The notes beneath the pieces were generated by a model. The model saw only the letters and a list, made by a program, of their open reading frames with translations, was not told the origin of the DNA and did no database searches. Of a DNA stretch of 64,000 nucleotides, positions 9,363 through 18,176 are shown in pieces (position 1 is the first letter of the stretch; each line of letters starts with the position of its first letter). A program made the position numbers and the translations under genes. The DNA comes from Subdoligranulum variabile (lineage in GTDB: Bacteria; Bacillota; Clostridia; Oscillospirales; Ruminococcaceae), in contig SFKI01000010.1 in NCBI GenBank assembly GCA_004554775.1, positions 23,184 to 87,183 on the forward strand, read 5' to 3'.

Positions 9363-9800
9363 CTGCCTGCAGGGCGAAAGACTCCTCTCGAGGGAAACCA
9401 CAGACTGTCGAAAAAGTGCTCTGTAGGGGCGCACAGTGTGCGCCCGTGCTCATTTCCCGCATGAGTAGCTTTTCCGGGAATGCGCTGCCACGTCAAGCTT
9501 CCGGGCGAACACTGTGCGCCCCTACAGTCTCTACTATAGAGTTTCTTTTGGCCCCGGAGGGGTCAATGTGGAGGGGGACGGAAAAGCGTTAAGAAAAATG
9601 CAGCACTCCTGCATTTTTTAGCTTTTTCGTCGCACGACCACCTCTTTGGGGTTCCTAGGGGCGAGCAGCCCCTAGGCCGGGCCTCCCGCGCGGTCGGAAG
9701 TAGCGGGCACCTTTTCGGTTCCTTTTGGGTGTCCAAAAGGAACAACTAACGGCAGTAGCCCATTAAACACAAGGGAGCCCGCCGCAAGGTGGCGGGCCCC
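9363..9800. repeat. Mosaic intergenic repeat block M1 (REP-like doublet plus C, D and T modules)
   Basis: GTAG-hairpins at 9423-9445 (+) and 9503-9525 (-). The C module GTTAAGAAAAATGCAGCACTCCTGCATTTTTTAGC lies at about 9588-9622. The D hairpin GGTTCCTTTTGGGTGTCCAAAAGGAAC lies at about 9718-9744. A T-type hairpin with loop GCAAGGT lies at about 9776-9797. Confidence 0.85.
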
Positions 9801-9839
9801 GAAAGCCACAACAAAAAAATCAAAGAAGGTACACAACCC

Positions 9840-10223
9840 ATGTCGCTGATTTTTCAATTTCTCCGCATTATCCTTTTCTGTTTTCTTGGCGAACTTTGCC
9901 ATGATTTCCTGCCGCTGCCCATCCCGGCCAGCGTGTACGGGCTGCTGCTTTTGCTGGCAGCGCTCAAACTCGGGTGGGTCAAGCTCGAAAACGTCCGCAC
10001 GGCGGCGCTGTTTTTGATCGGCATTTTCCCGCTGCTGTTCGTGCCTGCGGCGGCGGGCGTCATGGACCTGTGGGCAGAGCTGCACGCCATGCTGCTGCCG
10101 GTGCTGGTGGCGCTGGTGCCCGTTACTTTTTTGGTCATGGCTACGGCGGGCCGCGTTACCCAGCGCTTTGCCAAGGCTGAACCGGAGCTTGAGGAGGAAC
10201 TTGTAAATGACGATGCTGAATGA
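9840..10223 (+). CDS. lrgA: CidA/LrgA family holin-like protein
   Basis: MSLIFQFLRIILFCFLGELCHDFLPLPIPASVYGLLLLL... is a small protein with 4 TM segments, followed by an overlapping LrgB gene. Confidence 0.88.
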   Translation: MSLIFQFLRIILFCFLGELCHDFLPLPIPASVYGLLLLLAALKLGWVKLENVRTAALFLIGIFPLLFVPAAAGVMDLWAELHAMLLPVLVALVPVTFLVMATAGRVTQRFAKAEPELEEELVNDDAE

Positions 10224-10908
10224 TTTCTTGCCCACCTCGGCCACCTGGGGCGTGCTGCTTACGCTGGCGGCGTTTGCCCTGGGCACCTTCATCAACCGCA
10301 AAACGGGGAAAGCAATTTTCAACCCGCTGCTGCTTGGCACGGTGTTCGTCATCGTGTTTTTAAGTGTCTGCAGCATCCCGTACGAGGACTATAAGGCCAG
10401 CGCGTCGCCGGTCAGCTACCTGCTGCTGCCCGCCACGGTCAGCCTGGCTGTGCCGCTGTACGAAAAATGGGACCTGCTGCGCAAAAATGTGCTTGCCATC
10501 GTCATGGGGATTCTGGCGGGCACGCTGGCAAGCCTGGGCAGCGTTCTGGTGCTGGCCCTGCTGCTGAAGCTCGACCACAGCCAGTACATCACGCTGCTGC
10601 CCAAGAGCGTCACCACCGCCATCAGCATGGATGTCAGCCATGAGCTGGGCGGCATTGCGGCCCTGACCGGCGCGATCGTGATCTTAACGGGCATCCTCGG
10701 CGCGCTGATGGCTGAGACTGTCTGCAAGATCTGCCACATCACCCACCCCATCGCGCGCGGCATCGGCATTGGTACCGCCGCCCACGCCGTCGGCACCAGT
10801 AAGGCCCTGCAAATGGGGGAGGTCGAAGGCGCCATGAGCGGCCTCGCCGTCGCCGTCGCCGGTGTCATGACCGCCATCCTCTGCCCGATTTTTTCGTCGT
10901 TTATTTAA
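10207..10908 (+). CDS. lrgB: LrgB family protein (antiholin-like membrane protein)
   Basis: A multi-TM protein with KSVTTAISMDVS and IARGIGIGTAAHAVGT motifs. Confidence 0.9.
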   Translation: MTMLNDFLPTSATWGVLLTLAAFALGTFINRKTGKAIFNPLLLGTVFVIVFLSVCSIPYEDYKASASPVSYLLLPATVSLAVPLYEKWDLLRKNVLAIVMGILAGTLASLGSVLVLALLLKLDHSQYITLLPKSVTTAISMDVSHELGGIAALTGAIVILTGILGALMAETVCKICHITHPIARGIGIGTAAHAVGTSKALQMGEVEGAMSGLAVAVAGVMTAILCPIFSSFI

Positions 10909-10918
10909 ATATTGCCCC

Positions 10919-10995
10919 GGCCCTGCCCATCTTGCGGCAGGGCTTTTTTTCGTGGGGCCGCAATAAAAAGGGGAGCCCCCACAAAGTGGCGGCTC
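10919..10995. terminator. Back-to-back double terminator cassette between convergent lrgB and the AAA+ gene
   Basis: GGCCCTGCC-CATCTTGC-GGCAGGGC plus a T7 run on the plus strand. This is followed by ..GCAATAAAAAGGGGAGCCCCCACAAAGTGGCGGCTCCC, a hairpin preceded by an A-run that acts as a terminator on the minus strand. The cassette is nearly identical in architecture to 18177-18255. Confidence 0.8.
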
Positions 10996-11023
10996 CCTCA
11001 AAGGAATCCGTGTGCGAAAAATC

Positions 11024-13078
11024 TCAATCCAGCTCAAAATCCCCCGGCAACAGCAGGGCGAGATCCGCGTCGGCATCTGCTACCAGGCGGCGGGCTTGGT
11101 TGAGGATCGCTTTTTCCAGCACATTGCGCGCCATGCGGCCGTTGCCGTTGGTTGCGGCGTCGGCGGCCTGCTGCGCATCATACCAATTTATAAGCGGCTC
11201 CTTGCAGCTTTCGTCCAGGATATAGCCCTTGCTCTTGGCAATCGACAGGGTGATGCGGTACAACTCCTCGCCGGTATAGTCCGGGAACTCGATCTGGTTC
11301 GGGAAGCGGCTTGCCAGGCCGGAGTTGGCCGACAAGAACAGCTGCATCTCCTTGGTGTATCCGGCCAGGATCACGACCAGGTCGCCGCGGTTGTCCTCGA
11401 TGCCCTTGACCAGCGTGTCAATGGCCTCCAGGCCAAAGCTGTCCTCGCCGCCGCGGTACAGGCTGTACGCTTCGTCGATAAAAAGCACGCCGCCCAGCGC
11501 ACTCTGGATGACCGTATTCGTCAGCGGGGCGGTGTGGCCGACATAGCGTCCGACGAGGTCGGCACGGGTCACTTCGACCAGTTGCCCGCCGCGCAGCGCA
11601 CCGATGGCCTTGAGATACTTGGCCAGAATGCGCGCGATCGTCGTCTTGCCGGTGCCGGGGTTGCCGGTAAAGATCATGTGCATGTTGACCTCGGCCACCT
11701 TGAGGCCCTGGGCCTTGCGGCGCTGCTGAGCCTGCACGTTTTTGGCGATATCACGCACATAATTCTTGACCTCTGCCAAGCCGACGATGCCATCCAGCTC
11801 TGCCTCGACCGCATCGACATCGCCGCGGTACTGCTGCGGCAGCAGCGCCAGCAGGTCAAACGGCTCGCCGCCCGCCACGCTGAGCAGCAATTTTCCATCC
11901 GCAGCAGTCAGCGCCGCAGGGGTGCCGTCGGCTGGCGGCTCGTCGGCGTCCAGCACGTACTCGGCCAGCGCGCGGTAAGCGGTCTCGCAATAATCGCGCA
12001 TCGCCTGCATGCCGGTCGTTTTGCCGTACTGCGCTGCCAGCAGGTCGCGCACGTCGGCACCCATCGTCAGGGCCAGCCCGCACTGCTTGCGCACCCGCTG
12101 CGCCAGCCAGTTCAGCTCGCGCGCGGCCACGGCGGCCAGCGCTTCGGGCGTGAACGCCTGGGTGCGGCAGATGTCGCCGGACAGCGCATCCACGAACCGC
12201 GCACCGAACTTATCAGCCAGCGCGGTCTCGTCTTTGTTCGAGAAAAACACAAAATATTTACCGCCAGCCGTCAATTCCCCGATGGCCCCGGGCGCGAGCG
12301 CCGTGCCCACGTCCACGAGGATCCCGCGCTGCAGCACGTACCGGCTGCTCAGCGAGAGCGTGCCCTCGATGGCCAGCGTTGACAACATATTTAAATAATT
12401 TGCGGCGCAGCTCTCGTAGTGGTCGAACGCCAAAACCTCCGCATCGGACTGCAGCGCCGCGTACAGATCCTGCAGGAAAAGCTTCTCCTGCGCAGGGCCG
12501 GGGTAGAGCGATAAATCCATCTGTTCAATGGCCGCGCTGCGCAGAACGCCGCGCGTTGCCAGCTCGTCCACCACGCAGGTCAGCGCGTAGTGGCGGCCGG
12601 TGCCGTTGGGGCCGCACAGCAGCAGCAGGTTGCGCGCGCGGGCCGTGTCGCCTGCCGTGCCCATCACAAACGGGCGGCGGAATGCCTTGACCAGCGCCGA
12701 GACAAACGCATCCTGCCCCAGCACCTGGGCCTTGATCTTGTCCGCCACGCCGCCAAAATCGGTGCTGGCCGGCTTGGCCGCTTCGGGCGTCGGCGCGGCA
12801 GTCGTGCCGCCCAGCAGCCCGTCCTGATGCAGCGATTTTGTCAGCTCGCTGCTCATCTTGCGCACACTTTCGGCGGTGGCAGCGCCCGCCTTTTGCACGG
12901 CATCCAGCGCATTGCTGGCGGCGCTCTGCCGCTTTTGGGCGGCGGTCAGCGCATCCAGGGATGCCTGCATCTGCTCTACGGCATTGCTGGCTTCCTCGGC
13001 TTGCTTTGACGTGGCGGCGTACTTTTTGCCGCCCATCAGGCCGCGCACCCAGGCATCATACTGGTCCTCAAGGCTCAT
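11024..13078 (-). CDS. Tandem AAA+ ATPase with a SpoVK/CbbX-like C-terminal module and a degenerate N-terminal P-loop module
   Basis: The C-terminal half has MHMIFTGNPGTGKTTIARILAKYL (Walker A), GGVLFIDEAYSL (Walker B), VILAGY and ASRFPNQIEFPDY, as in the SpoVK/CbbX family. The N-terminal half has LLLLCGPNGTGRHYAL, a Walker A-like motif with Arg in place of Lys. A coiled-coil-like N-terminus is present. The start overlaps the upstream stop (ATGA). Confidence 0.85.
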   Translation of the reverse strand: MSLEDQYDAWVRGLMGGKKYAATSKQAEEASNAVEQMQASLDALTAAQKRQSAASNALDAVQKAGAATAESVRKMSSELTKSLHQDGLLGGTTAAPTPEAAKPASTDFGGVADKIKAQVLGQDAFVSALVKAFRRPFVMGTAGDTARARNLLLLCGPNGTGRHYALTCVVDELATRGVLRSAAIEQMDLSLYPGPAQEKLFLQDLYAALQSDAEVLAFDHYESCAANYLNMLSTLAIEGTLSLSSRYVLQRGILVDVGTALAPGAIGELTAGGKYFVFFSNKDETALADKFGARFVDALSGDICRTQAFTPEALAAVAARELNWLAQRVRKQCGLALTMGADVRDLLAAQYGKTTGMQAMRDYCETAYRALAEYVLDADEPPADGTPAALTAADGKLLLSVAGGEPFDLLALLPQQYRGDVDAVEAELDGIVGLAEVKNYVRDIAKNVQAQQRRKAQGLKVAEVNMHMIFTGNPGTGKTTIARILAKYLKAIGALRGGQLVEVTRADLVGRYVGHTAPLTNTVIQSALGGVLFIDEAYSLYRGGEDSFGLEAIDTLVKGIEDNRGDLVVILAGYTKEMQLFLSANSGLASRFPNQIEFPDYTGEELYRITLSIAKSKGYILDESCKEPLINWYDAQQAADAATNGNGRMARNVLEKAILNQARRLVADADADLALLLPGDFELD

Positions 13079-14262
13079 TGGTCATCCTCCCGGTCGGCTT
13101 TTTGGATTTGGCGGGGCAGCTTGTACGTGTAAAAATCTTTTGCAGTGCATCCGGCACGCCCGCCGCCCGCACAGGCGCAGGCACACGCGCAGCTGGAAGC
13201 ACAGGCGCAGGCGCAGCTGGACGCGCACCCGCTGCTGTGGCGGCCCACGCCGCCCCCGCGCGACGAGCCGCCGCCCGTGTGATAATTTTTGGGCGGGTCG
13301 GTGCGGTAGTAGCCCTTGGGGGGCGGGGCGGTGCGCGCCACGTGGATGGTGTGTACGCCGTTGGTGTACCAGTACCAGTCGTCGGGGTCAAGGCCGCTGC
13401 CGAAGCCGCCGCCCCACTCCGCCGAGCAGGATGCGGAAATAATAATCAGTGCTACGACAAAAATCAGCAGTGACACCACAACCACTGTCAGCCCGAGGAT
13501 CTCATCGGAGGTGAAATCGCCGGTGTTGCCGTTGTCATAATCGGCGGCGGTCAGGGCTGCGTCAGGGTCAAACTCGTTGGCGGTGGTTACGGGCACGGTC
13601 ACATGGATGGTGGCGCTCTGGCCGTGGCCCATCGGGCCAAAGTCCCAGATAAGGTACCCATCTTCCTCGCTGCTGTTGTCGGCCACAAAGCCGTCGCCGC
13701 TGCGCCAGCGCACCTGCATATGCTCAACGACGAGGTCGTCGAACCAGCCGGGCGTGAACTCAAAGGTCGCTGTACCGTCATCTCCAAGGCTGAACAGGTG
13801 GCTTTGATGCACCGAGAACGTGAACCGCACCCGGCTTTCGCCGCCGTTTTTCGCAGCTACCTCGGGCGCGTAGTAGCGCCGCGCAAACACGACCTTGGCG
13901 TAGCTGCCGCCGTCGCCCGAGTATTGCAGGTCGGAGATCGTGTCGGTCAGCGGGGTCAAATCCTCGGCGTAGGCGTTGGGCAGGCCGATCTTGACCCACG
14001 AGAGGTAGTCGGTCTGGTCGCCGCCGATGACCTGCCAGGTAATATCGTAGGTGATGTCCGCCGAGCCGTCTGCCCGCAGGTCCACCGTGACGAGATAGTC
14101 GGGAATATAATCCATATCCCCGTCATCAGCATACGGCGCGATATCGGCTGAATTTGCGGTGGAATCGTCGGCCTTGGCCGCGAAGGGGAACAGGAGCGTG
14201 GCTGCAACAAAAATGAAGAATAAAAAGGTGGTCAGGCGCGGATAAAATGTCTTTTTCTGCAT
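13075..14262 (-). CDS. Signal-peptide / single-TM protein with a Cys-Ala repeat cytoplasmic tail (ectodomain tentatively DUF2207-like)
   Basis: Signal peptide: MQKKTFYPRLTTFLFFIFVAATLLFPFAAKA. The ectodomain is about 250 aa. The TM segment is ILGLTVVVVSLLIFVVALIIISA. The tail is ...GGGSSRGGGVGRHSSGCASSCACACASSCACACACAGGGRAGCTAKDFYTYK. The gene is tightly packed between the rSAM and AAA+ genes. Confidence 0.75.
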   Translation of the reverse strand: MQKKTFYPRLTTFLFFIFVAATLLFPFAAKADDSTANSADIAPYADDGDMDYIPDYLVTVDLRADGSADITYDITWQVIGGDQTDYLSWVKIGLPNAYAEDLTPLTDTISDLQYSGDGGSYAKVVFARRYYAPEVAAKNGGESRVRFTFSVHQSHLFSLGDDGTATFEFTPGWFDDLVVEHMQVRWRSGDGFVADNSSEEDGYLIWDFGPMGHGQSATIHVTVPVTTANEFDPDAALTAADYDNGNTGDFTSDEILGLTVVVVSLLIFVVALIIISASCSAEWGGGFGSGLDPDDWYWYTNGVHTIHVARTAPPPKGYYRTDPPKNYHTGGGSSRGGGVGRHSSGCASSCACACASSCACACACAGGGRAGCTAKDFYTYKLPRQIQKADREDDQ

Positions 14263-14263
14263 A

Positions 14264-15649
14264 TCAGCACCCCTCCTGCATCGGTGTGTCGCCCAGCTGG
14301 CACAGCCGCTTCATGTGGGCGCTCTCGATCCGGATGGCACAGCACTCGGGGCTGCGCCAGATGCGGGGCCACGGGGTGCGCAGCATGTTGCCCAGGCCGT
14401 GGCCGGTCAGCCAGCTTTGGCAGGGCAGTACGGTGCCGTCGGGCGCGACCGCCATGTTGCTAAGGCAGGCACCGCAACTTGGGATCTGCGTAAAGCCAAG
14501 CCCGGTCAGGGTGTCCTCGTCCAGCCAGCCGGGGCTGGTGAAGTTCACTTCCATCCCGTGCGAAAGCGCAAAATCCATCGCAGGGCGCAGCGCGTCGGTA
14601 AGCTCTGCGGGGGTCAGGCGCACGCTGCGGCTGGCATCGGCATTGGCGTTGCCAGCCGGGATCAGCCCGCTGCACGTCAGGTATCGGATGCCCAGCTCAT
14701 GCGCAAATTGCACGGTGCTAAGATAATTTTTATTCAAGCTGCAGAGCGGCGTGTTCAGGCTGACGTTCAGCCCTGCGGCCAGTGCGTTCTTGATGCCGTT
14801 CACGGTGTCGGTGTAACCGTCCACGCCGACCAGCTCATTGTGTACGGCTTCGTAGGCAGAATAGAACGTAATTTGCACTGCGTCAAGGCTGGCGGCGCGC
14901 AGCTCCTTGCACATGGCGCTGGTCAGCATGCGGCCGTTGGTGTTCAGGCGCGTTACAAACCACTGCGCGGCCTGCACCAGCTTTACCAGATCGTGCCGCA
15001 AGGTCGGCTCACCGCCGGTAAAGGTCAGCTGCGGAATGCCGATGCTGCGGCATTTTTCGATGACCGCCAGCCACTGGTCGGTGTCCAGCTCGGGCACGGC
15101 GGAAAGCGGCTGATTGGCGGCGTAGCAGTGCAGGCATTTTTGATTGCAATGCCACGCGTTGTCCTTTATCATGGAGGAGATCATCAGGTCCATGCGGTGC
15201 GGCGCGGCCATGCGGTGTGCGTATTCGGCCAGCGAAAGGGGCTGGATGTGCAGCGGCGGCTCCTGGCCGCGCGCCACGGCGATGAGGCAGTCCAGCATCA
15301 TCTGCAAGTCGGATTCGATCTGCAAAGGCTCGGTCTTACGATAAATTTTACGTGTCGCGGCCACGGCCTGCGCGCGGATGGCCGACCAGTCGGCGTCTTT
15401 CAGCTCGGCACCGGCGTGGGGCTGCAGCGCTTCGATGAGGTTGGTCAGCAGAATGGCCCAGCTGAGATTCAGCGGCAGGATGTCCTGGCCGTTCAAAATG
15501 GCTACAAACGGGGTGGTGCGGTCGGGCTTGGTACACGGGATCAGGTGGATGCGCACGACGCCCGGGCCGTCGGGGTCAAGCGTAACGTGCCGCACGCGGT
15601 TCAAATGGCCGCGCAAAAACGCCCGCTCGCCGTAGGAGAGATGCTTCAT
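14264..15649 (-). CDS. Radical SAM enzyme with C-terminal SPASM domain and an N-terminal extension of about 165 aa
   Basis: CNQKCLHCY is a CX3CX2C cluster motif. TFTGGEPTL is a GGE motif. The C-terminal Cys-rich SPASM-like region is IPSCGACLSNMAVAPDGTVLPCQSW. The stop lies 1 nt from the downstream start. Confidence 0.88.
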   Translation of the reverse strand: MKHLSYGERAFLRGHLNRVRHVTLDPDGPGVVRIHLIPCTKPDRTTPFVAILNGQDILPLNLSWAILLTNLIEALQPHAGAELKDADWSAIRAQAVAATRKIYRKTEPLQIESDLQMMLDCLIAVARGQEPPLHIQPLSLAEYAHRMAAPHRMDLMISSMIKDNAWHCNQKCLHCYAANQPLSAVPELDTDQWLAVIEKCRSIGIPQLTFTGGEPTLRHDLVKLVQAAQWFVTRLNTNGRMLTSAMCKELRAASLDAVQITFYSAYEAVHNELVGVDGYTDTVNGIKNALAAGLNVSLNTPLCSLNKNYLSTVQFAHELGIRYLTCSGLIPAGNANADASRSVRLTPAELTDALRPAMDFALSHGMEVNFTSPGWLDEDTLTGLGFTQIPSCGACLSNMAVAPDGTVLPCQSWLTGHGLGNMLRTPWPRIWRSPECCAIRIESAHMKRLCQLGDTPMQEGC

Positions 15650-15799
15650 AGGGGATTTCCTCCCAAAACAGACTCGTGTCTGTTATAAATTTTGGTACAA
15701 TTTTTAATTTTTATAGGGAAAGTATATCATATTTACGGGGGAATTACAATAAGGGTTTGATTTTGGGGGAGGGGTGCGGCTGCCGGGGGGGGCGGCAGC

Positions 15800-16112
15800 G
15801 TAAGATTCTGCGGGCGAGCAATGCTCGCCCCTACAGTAGCCAAAATAGCAGGTGCAGAGTGTGGCTCCACTTCAAGGGGAGTCCAGACTGTCGAAAAAGT
15901 GCATTGTAGGGGCGAACAGTGTTCGCCCGGGGGATTTGATGGCAGCGCAAAATTGCACGGGCGGATATAGAATCCGCCCCTACGCCAATCAAAAATTTGG
16001 CCCCGAAGGGGTCAATCGGAGAGGGATGGAAAAGCGTTAAGAAAGGAAAGCCTTGCGGCGGCAGCCCATGATAAAAGGCCCAGCCGCAAGGTAGGCAGGG
16101 CTGGCCGCCGCC
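15800..16112. repeat. Mosaic intergenic repeat block M2
   Basis: GTAG-hairpins at 15812-15834 (-), 15906-15928 (+) and 15959-15983 (-). The y module TTTGGCCCCGAAGGGGTCAAT is present. CCTTGCGG/CCGCAAGG hairpins lie at about 16045-16110. Confidence 0.85.
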
Positions 16113-16213
16113 CCATCCACGGCGCAAAACAATCCGTAAATGCCTACAAATTGTATACATACCACCGTAAAAAATCCGACAGAATTTACCGGAATATCTG
16201 TGAATTTCCCCAC

Positions 16214-16242
16214 TTGCCAACAGCCTGAAAATGTGGCATAAT
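16214..16242 (+). promoter_or_regulatory. Sigma70-like promoter upstream of the small ORF and cls
   Basis: TTGCCA (16214-16219), 17 nt spacer, CATAAT (16237-16242). Confidence 0.4.
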
Positions 16243-16301
16243 ACTAAAGGAAGATCCGGGGTGTACACCCCCATTATAAATGTATAAGGAGGGGGAACCG
16301 C

Positions 16302-16463
16302 ATGCCGAATGGGATCTACATCCAGACGGAGTACCACGGCAAGCTGATCCGCAAGATCGTTTGCAACGGGGAAGAACGCTGGTTTATCGGATCTGATTGT
16401 GCCGTCACCTTCATGACCATGGATGATTGCATGGCCGAGATCGACGCACGTCTCCACGCCTGA
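16302..16463 (+). CDS. Small hypothetical protein (53 aa)
   Basis: A strong RBS (TAAGGAGGGGG) lies 6 nt before the ATG. The product is MPNGIYIQTEYHGKLIRKIVCNGEERWFIGSDCAVTFMTMDDCMAEIDARLHA. It falls below the ORF-track length cutoff. Codon usage resembles neighbouring genes. Confidence 0.5.
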   Translation: MPNGIYIQTEYHGKLIRKIVCNGEERWFIGSDCAVTFMTMDDCMAEIDARLHA

Positions 16464-16576
16464 TCCTCGCACGGTTGGCGGCTTTGCCCGCCTGCACCCC
16501 TCGGCTTGCCGCCCCCCTGCGGGGCCATGCCGGGGGCTTTTTCTTTTCAGTAGTTTCTACAAAAAAGGACATATCT

Positions 16577-18151
16577 ATGCGAAAACCACACAAACCGAAG
16601 GATTGGCGCTGGCTGCTGCATCGGGCGCTTTCGCTGGTGTTCAGCCGCACGGTCGTTACCATCGTGCTGGTGCTGGCGCAGGCCTTTTGGCTGTTCAGCC
16701 TGTTTTATTGGCTGGGCGACTACTCGCGCATCCTCTCCCGTATGGGGCTGGGGCTCAGTGCGCTGATGTGCCTGGCCCTTGTGCGCCAGGACTCGACCGC
16801 GCCGGAATTTAAAATCAGCTGGATGATTTTGTTTATGCTCATGCCCGTGCAGGGCGGGCTGCTTTACCTGCTTTGGGGCGACAAACGCCCGGCCATCGGC
16901 CTGCGCCGCCGCATGGAGCGTGCCGAAGCCGAGCTTGCCCCGCTGCGCACCGGGGACGCCGCCGCGCGTGCCGAGCTGCAGCGCCGCGACCCGCGCCTGG
17001 CCGAGACCGCCGATTACCTGCAAAACTACGCTGCTGCGCCGGTTTTTGGCGGAACTGCCGTCCAATATTACCCCGTGGGCGACGTGATGCTGCCCGATAT
17101 GCTGGCCGACCTGCGCGCCGCACAGCACAGCATTTTTGTGGAGAGCTTCATCATTGGCATGGGCGAGATGTGGGGGCAGATCCACGAAATTCTACGGCAA
17201 AAGGCCGCCGCCGGCCTGGACGTTCGTGTCATTTACGACGACGCCGGCTGCCTGAGCCTGCTGCCCCACAACTATGTAGATTTGTTGCGTGCCGATGGCA
17301 TCCGCGCGTTCAGCTTCAACCGCTGTGTGCCGGTGCTGAACCTGGTGCTCAACAACCGTGACCACCGCAAAATCATGGTAGTGGATGGCCGCGTGGCCTA
17401 CACCGGCGGCGTGAACTTGGCCGATGAATACATCAATAAGGTGACTCGTTTCGGCCACTGGAAGGACAGCGGCGTCCGGCTGGAGGGGCCCGCCGCGCGC
17501 AGCTATGCGAATGTGTTTCTCACATTCTGGCGGGCGCATTTTCCCGATGAAGCGTTGGATTATACCGCCCTGCTGCCCGAAATCGCCCCCGTGGCAGACA
17601 CCGGCGGCACGCTGGTGCAGCCCTTTGCCGACAGCCCCGTTGACCGCGAGGTCGTGGCCAAAAATGTGTATCTGGAGTTCATCAACCAGGCGCAGCGCAG
17701 CCTGCGCATCTGCACGCCTTATCTGATTTTGGACAATGACCTGCTTACGTGTTTAAGGTTGGCCGCCAAGCGCGGCGTGGATGTGCGCATCTACACCCCC
17801 GGCGTGCCGGACAAAAAGACGATCTACCAGCTTTCGCGCAGCTATTTCCCGTATCTGCTCAAGGCCGGGGTGAAAATTTACAGCTACACGCCCGGATTTT
17901 TGCACGCTAAAACGTGGCTTGTCGATGACCGCGCCGCCGCAGTCGGTACGGTGAACCTTGATTACCGCAGCCTGTATCTGCATTTTGAAAACAGCACCGT
18001 CCTCTACGGCGGCGAGGTGCTGCACGATATTTTGCGGGATTTCGAGTCCATCGAGTCCGCTTCCCGCCAGATCGGCCTGAAGGATTGCCGAAATGGATTT
18101 TTGGGCAGCATGCTCAGTGCCTGCCTGCGCCTGGTCGCCCCTTTGTGCTGA
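16577..18151 (+). CDS. cls: Cardiolipin synthase (two PLD/HKD domains)
   Basis: N-terminal TM helices are followed by NNRDHRKIMVVDG (HKD 1) and FLHAKTWLVDD (HKD 2). The start was taken at MRKPHKPKDWRW. Confidence 0.92.
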   Translation: MRKPHKPKDWRWLLHRALSLVFSRTVVTIVLVLAQAFWLFSLFYWLGDYSRILSRMGLGLSALMCLALVRQDSTAPEFKISWMILFMLMPVQGGLLYLLWGDKRPAIGLRRRMERAEAELAPLRTGDAAARAELQRRDPRLAETADYLQNYAAAPVFGGTAVQYYPVGDVMLPDMLADLRAAQHSIFVESFIIGMGEMWGQIHEILRQKAAAGLDVRVIYDDAGCLSLLPHNYVDLLRADGIRAFSFNRCVPVLNLVLNNRDHRKIMVVDGRVAYTGGVNLADEYINKVTRFGHWKDSGVRLEGPAARSYANVFLTFWRAHFPDEALDYTALLPEIAPVADTGGTLVQPFADSPVDREVVAKNVYLEFINQAQRSLRICTPYLILDNDLLTCLRLAAKRGVDVRIYTPGVPDKKTIYQLSRSYFPYLLKAGVKIYSYTPGFLHAKTWLVDDRAAAVGTVNLDYRSLYLHFENSTVLYGGEVLHDILRDFESIESASRQIGLKDCRNGFLGSMLSACLRLVAPLC

Positions 18152-18176
18152 TAGCCTTTTGTTGCAAATCCTGTCC

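Noticed and set aside
9363-9800. Whether the dense short palindromic repeats could be a CRISPR array.
   Set aside because: There is no regular repeat-spacer periodicity. Several different repeat classes are interleaved in both orientations and scattered across at least 15 loci. No cas genes are in the window.
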